DNA of 61,471 nucleotides from Candidatus Berkelbacteria bacterium. Lineage in GTDB: Bacteria > Patescibacteriota > UBA1384 > DTJR01. Shown here piece after piece: positions 59,180 through 61,471 of this stretch (the stretch's first letter is position 1; each line of letters begins with the position of its first letter). Made by a program: the position numbers and the translations under genes. The stretch spans positions 1 through 61,471 of the forward strand of contig JAOUGE010000006.1 of the NCBI GenBank assembly GCA_029865605.1, given 5' to 3'. Below the pieces are notes generated by a model. That model had not been told where the DNA came from, ran no database searches, and saw only the letters and a list, made by a program, of their open reading frames with translations.

Positions 59180-60606
59180 AGAGCTTTTTTTATTCGGTTG
59201 ATTGACTCTTCTTTTTTGAGAGTAACGAGCAACTCAACTGGGGAGGGGGATTTTTCAGCACCGGACAGAGCGACTCTGACCGGCCAGAAAACGTCACCAT
59301 TTGAGAGATTTTGTTCTTTGACTGTTTCTTCGAGCGCCTTTTGCAGGTTGTCCTGCTTCCAGCTGGGATCGCTGATTTTTTCAAGTTTTTCAGCTGCTGC
59401 TTTCAGTCCCTTTTGGGTTGCTTCGGGTGTTGATTTTTTGAAAACCAGCAATTCTTTGGGGTATTTGGGTGTCTGGCGGAGTGCTTTAATATATTCGGCC
59501 ATTTCTTTTAGCGTTTTGAAACCACCCCTTTCTAATAACTTGCCTTCAGGGATTGATAAATCTGGGATATCAAAGTCTTTTATAAGCTCTTGTAGTTGTT
59601 TAGGAGTTTTGCACTTGAGATAAAACTCATTAAAGTGGTTAAGCTTCCCTATATCAAAAACCGCTGGGGATTTATTAACGTACTCAATCTTAAATAGTTT
59701 CTCGAGCATCATGAGACTTGTTCCGCCTATCGCAATTTGCGATGGTGAAACAAATAACTCCTTATCATCTTTTGGGTTCCACCCGAGAAGGATCATAAAA
59801 TTAATTAGCGCGTCTGGCAGGTAACCCATCTTCTTGTATTCTAAAATTCCCGTCGCGCCGTCGCGTTTTGAAAGCTTGCCTTTGTTGGGCCCTAAAATCA
59901 CCGGCAAGTGGGCAAATTCTGGCGGTTCCCAGCCAAAAGCGCGGTGCAAGAAAACATGCTTGGGGGTCGAGGGTAGCCACTCTTCGGCGCGGATAACATG
60001 GCTAATTTTCATTTCATGATCGTCCACTACAGCAGCCAAATGATAGGTTGGGAAGCCGTCTGACTTGAGAATGACCGAATCATCGAGGGTCGATGTGTTG
60101 ACCGAAATCTTCCCCCGAACGAGGTCATTAAATTCGATCGTTTTGTTCTCCGGCAGCTTCATTCGAATTACCGTGCCCTCTGGCAATTCGTCGAGGCGGG
60201 TTGCAGCCAATGTGAAGGTTTTTTTGCGGCAATGGCTGTCATATCCAGGCGGTTTTCCGAGCGCTTTTTGGCACGCTCTTACTTCTTTCAGTCTTTCTTC
60301 GGAGCAAGTGCAGATATAAGCCATATCCTTTTCAACAAGTTCGAAAGCGGCTTTATGATAAATTTCAAGCCTTTGGGATTGGATCATCGGCTTATTGATG
60401 TTTTCGGGTATGATTTCGAGCCAGCGCAAGGCCTCTTTGACAATGTTGATCGAGGCTTGATTGAGGCGTTTTTGGTCGGTGTCTTCGATTCGAAGTAAAA
60501 ACCTGCCCTTATTTTTTTTGGCAAAAAGGTAGCCAAAAAGGGCGGTCCTGATATTTCCAATATGGGGATCGCCGGTGGGAGAGGGAGCAAAACGGGTTAT
60601 TACCAT
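59176..60606 (-). CDS. gltX: Glutamate--tRNA ligase
   Basis: RFAPSPTGDPHIGNIRTAL (HIGH) and KLSKRDG (KMSKS). Confidence 0.9.
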   Translation of the reverse strand: MVITRFAPSPTGDPHIGNIRTALFGYLFAKKNKGRFLLRIEDTDQKRLNQASINIVKEALRWLEIIPENINKPMIQSQRLEIYHKAAFELVEKDMAYICTCSEERLKEVRACQKALGKPPGYDSHCRKKTFTLAATRLDELPEGTVIRMKLPENKTIEFNDLVRGKISVNTSTLDDSVILKSDGFPTYHLAAVVDDHEMKISHVIRAEEWLPSTPKHVFLHRAFGWEPPEFAHLPVILGPNKGKLSKRDGATGILEYKKMGYLPDALINFMILLGWNPKDDKELFVSPSQIAIGGTSLMMLEKLFKIEYVNKSPAVFDIGKLNHFNEFYLKCKTPKQLQELIKDFDIPDLSIPEGKLLERGGFKTLKEMAEYIKALRQTPKYPKELLVFKKSTPEATQKGLKAAAEKLEKISDPSWKQDNLQKALEETVKEQNLSNGDVFWPVRVALSGAEKSPSPVELLVTLKKEESINRIKKAL

Positions 60607-60609
60607 ATT

Positions 60610-60966
60610 TTATTCTTCTACTGCACTCTCAAAGTGTCGAATTGCGGGTGGCTCTTTTGAGGTATCAACAGAGATGATGTCAATTCTAATCACGCTTTTA
60701 GGATATTCTATCTGGAGTAGCTTTGCAAGCTGGAGAAGTTTTCGGCGCTTGAAATAATTAACCATTTCATATCCCTCACCAAGTTCCCGGCCGGATTTTG
60801 TTTTGACTTCAACGATAATAATGTCTTTCTTTTGCCGAGCCAAGATATCTATTTCGCCAATTTTGGTTTTGAAATTACGAGCGATAATCTTGTAGCCGTT
60901 TTTCTTAAAGTGCTTGGCGGCCAGCTCCTCGCCGTAACTGCCGGTTGATTTTCGTTCAAATGTCAT
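60610..60966 (-). CDS. yraN: YraN-family (UPF0102) endonuclease-like protein
   Basis: GEIDILARQKKDIIIVEVKT motif. 118 aa. Confidence 0.8.
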   Translation of the reverse strand: MTFERKSTGSYGEELAAKHFKKNGYKIIARNFKTKIGEIDILARQKKDIIIVEVKTKSGRELGEGYEMVNYFKRRKLLQLAKLLQIEYPKSVIRIDIISVDTSKEPPAIRHFESAVEE

Positions 60967-61039
60967 TTTGCCTCATTTCCATTGATTATTATACTGATAG
61001 TGCTAACATTTTGCTTAATCCTGCCTCGAGGCAAAGGAA

Positions 61040-61471
61040 AAGTTTCGCGGTGGGTGATCTTTGACGTATCCTAAGGGAGGGACAGCCGTGTCCGATGGAG
61101 CAGTGCTTGCCGCCGCCTACATCGTAGCAGGGTCTGTAGCTGGGTTTATGTGGCATTTGCTTGCCACAGATAACCCCAATCTTCCCCCTGAGTTCAGTTT
61201 CCGTCTCTGGTTCCCGAGGCCGGCGATCCCGTTCTTTGTTCTGATCGGGGTCGTTTGGCCGTTGAGCTTCTCTATCATGTTTGTCTGGTGTGTCGGGTGG
61301 TTCTTGGTTGTGGGGACAGTCGTTGCCGTACGGGAGGGTCTGTCTGCACCGTCGTGCGAGACTGACTATAGGAGGCCAGCGGCGTGGCCGTTTGGTCTCT
61401 GAAAGGAGCTGTTGCTACTATCCGCTGCAACTCTCCTCTCTTCTAGAGGAGGCTCCGAAAGGGGGAAGAAC
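61040..61471. other. GC-rich island I (runs off the window end)
   Basis: Composition shift near 61040. Confidence 0.65.
61088..61402 (+). CDS. Hypothetical membrane protein (about 104 aa, 3 TM)
   Basis: GTG start 6 nt after a GGGAGGG SD. Hydrophobic segments present. Confidence 0.4.
   Translation: MSDGAVLAAAYIVAGSVAGFMWHLLATDNPNLPPEFSFRLWFPRPAIPFFVLIGVVWPLSFSIMFVWCVGWFLVVGTVVAVREGLSAPSCETDYRRPAAWPFGL

Overview
The backbone is AT-rich (hand count about 40% G+C) and gene-dense. I infer it is from a Patescibacteria/CPR-like bacterium. It carries a surface-glycan locus (RmlD-like SDR, wecB, several GT2/GT4 and GT-C-like proteins, galE-like). Housekeeping genes include ilvA-ridA, valS-trpS, groES-groEL, gltX, a cyclophilin and a Xer recombinase. 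There are two ABC transporters and a pcm/ogt/AmmeMemoRadiSam-type cluster. Two giant modular surface proteins (2904 and 2412 aa) sit in one operon with a MacB/FtsX-type ABC transporter. I found five tRNA genes: Ser-GCU, Arg-CCG, Arg-GCG, Ser-UGA and Gln-CUG. I saw no rRNA, CRISPR array, transposase or obvious prophage. The most unusual property is compositional. At least nine short blocks of about 62% G+C interrupt the backbone. Each holds 1-4 ORFs, mostly ORFans and small membrane proteins, with a strong Shine-Dalgarno (SD) site. Most have a sigma70-like promoter in the AT-rich flank and long GC hairpins at the 3' end, some with shared stem sequences. Three tRNA loci carry partial tRNA duplications around GC-hairpin mini-inserts, which look like integration scars. 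Other second-look items are phased heptad tracts at gene boundaries, a 168-nt element closed by a 19-bp stem between ilvA and ridA, a group II intron domain-V-like hairpin, a domain insertion in valS, and a non-CIRCE inverted repeat upstream of groESL. All functional calls rest on motif recognition by eye. No database search was run.
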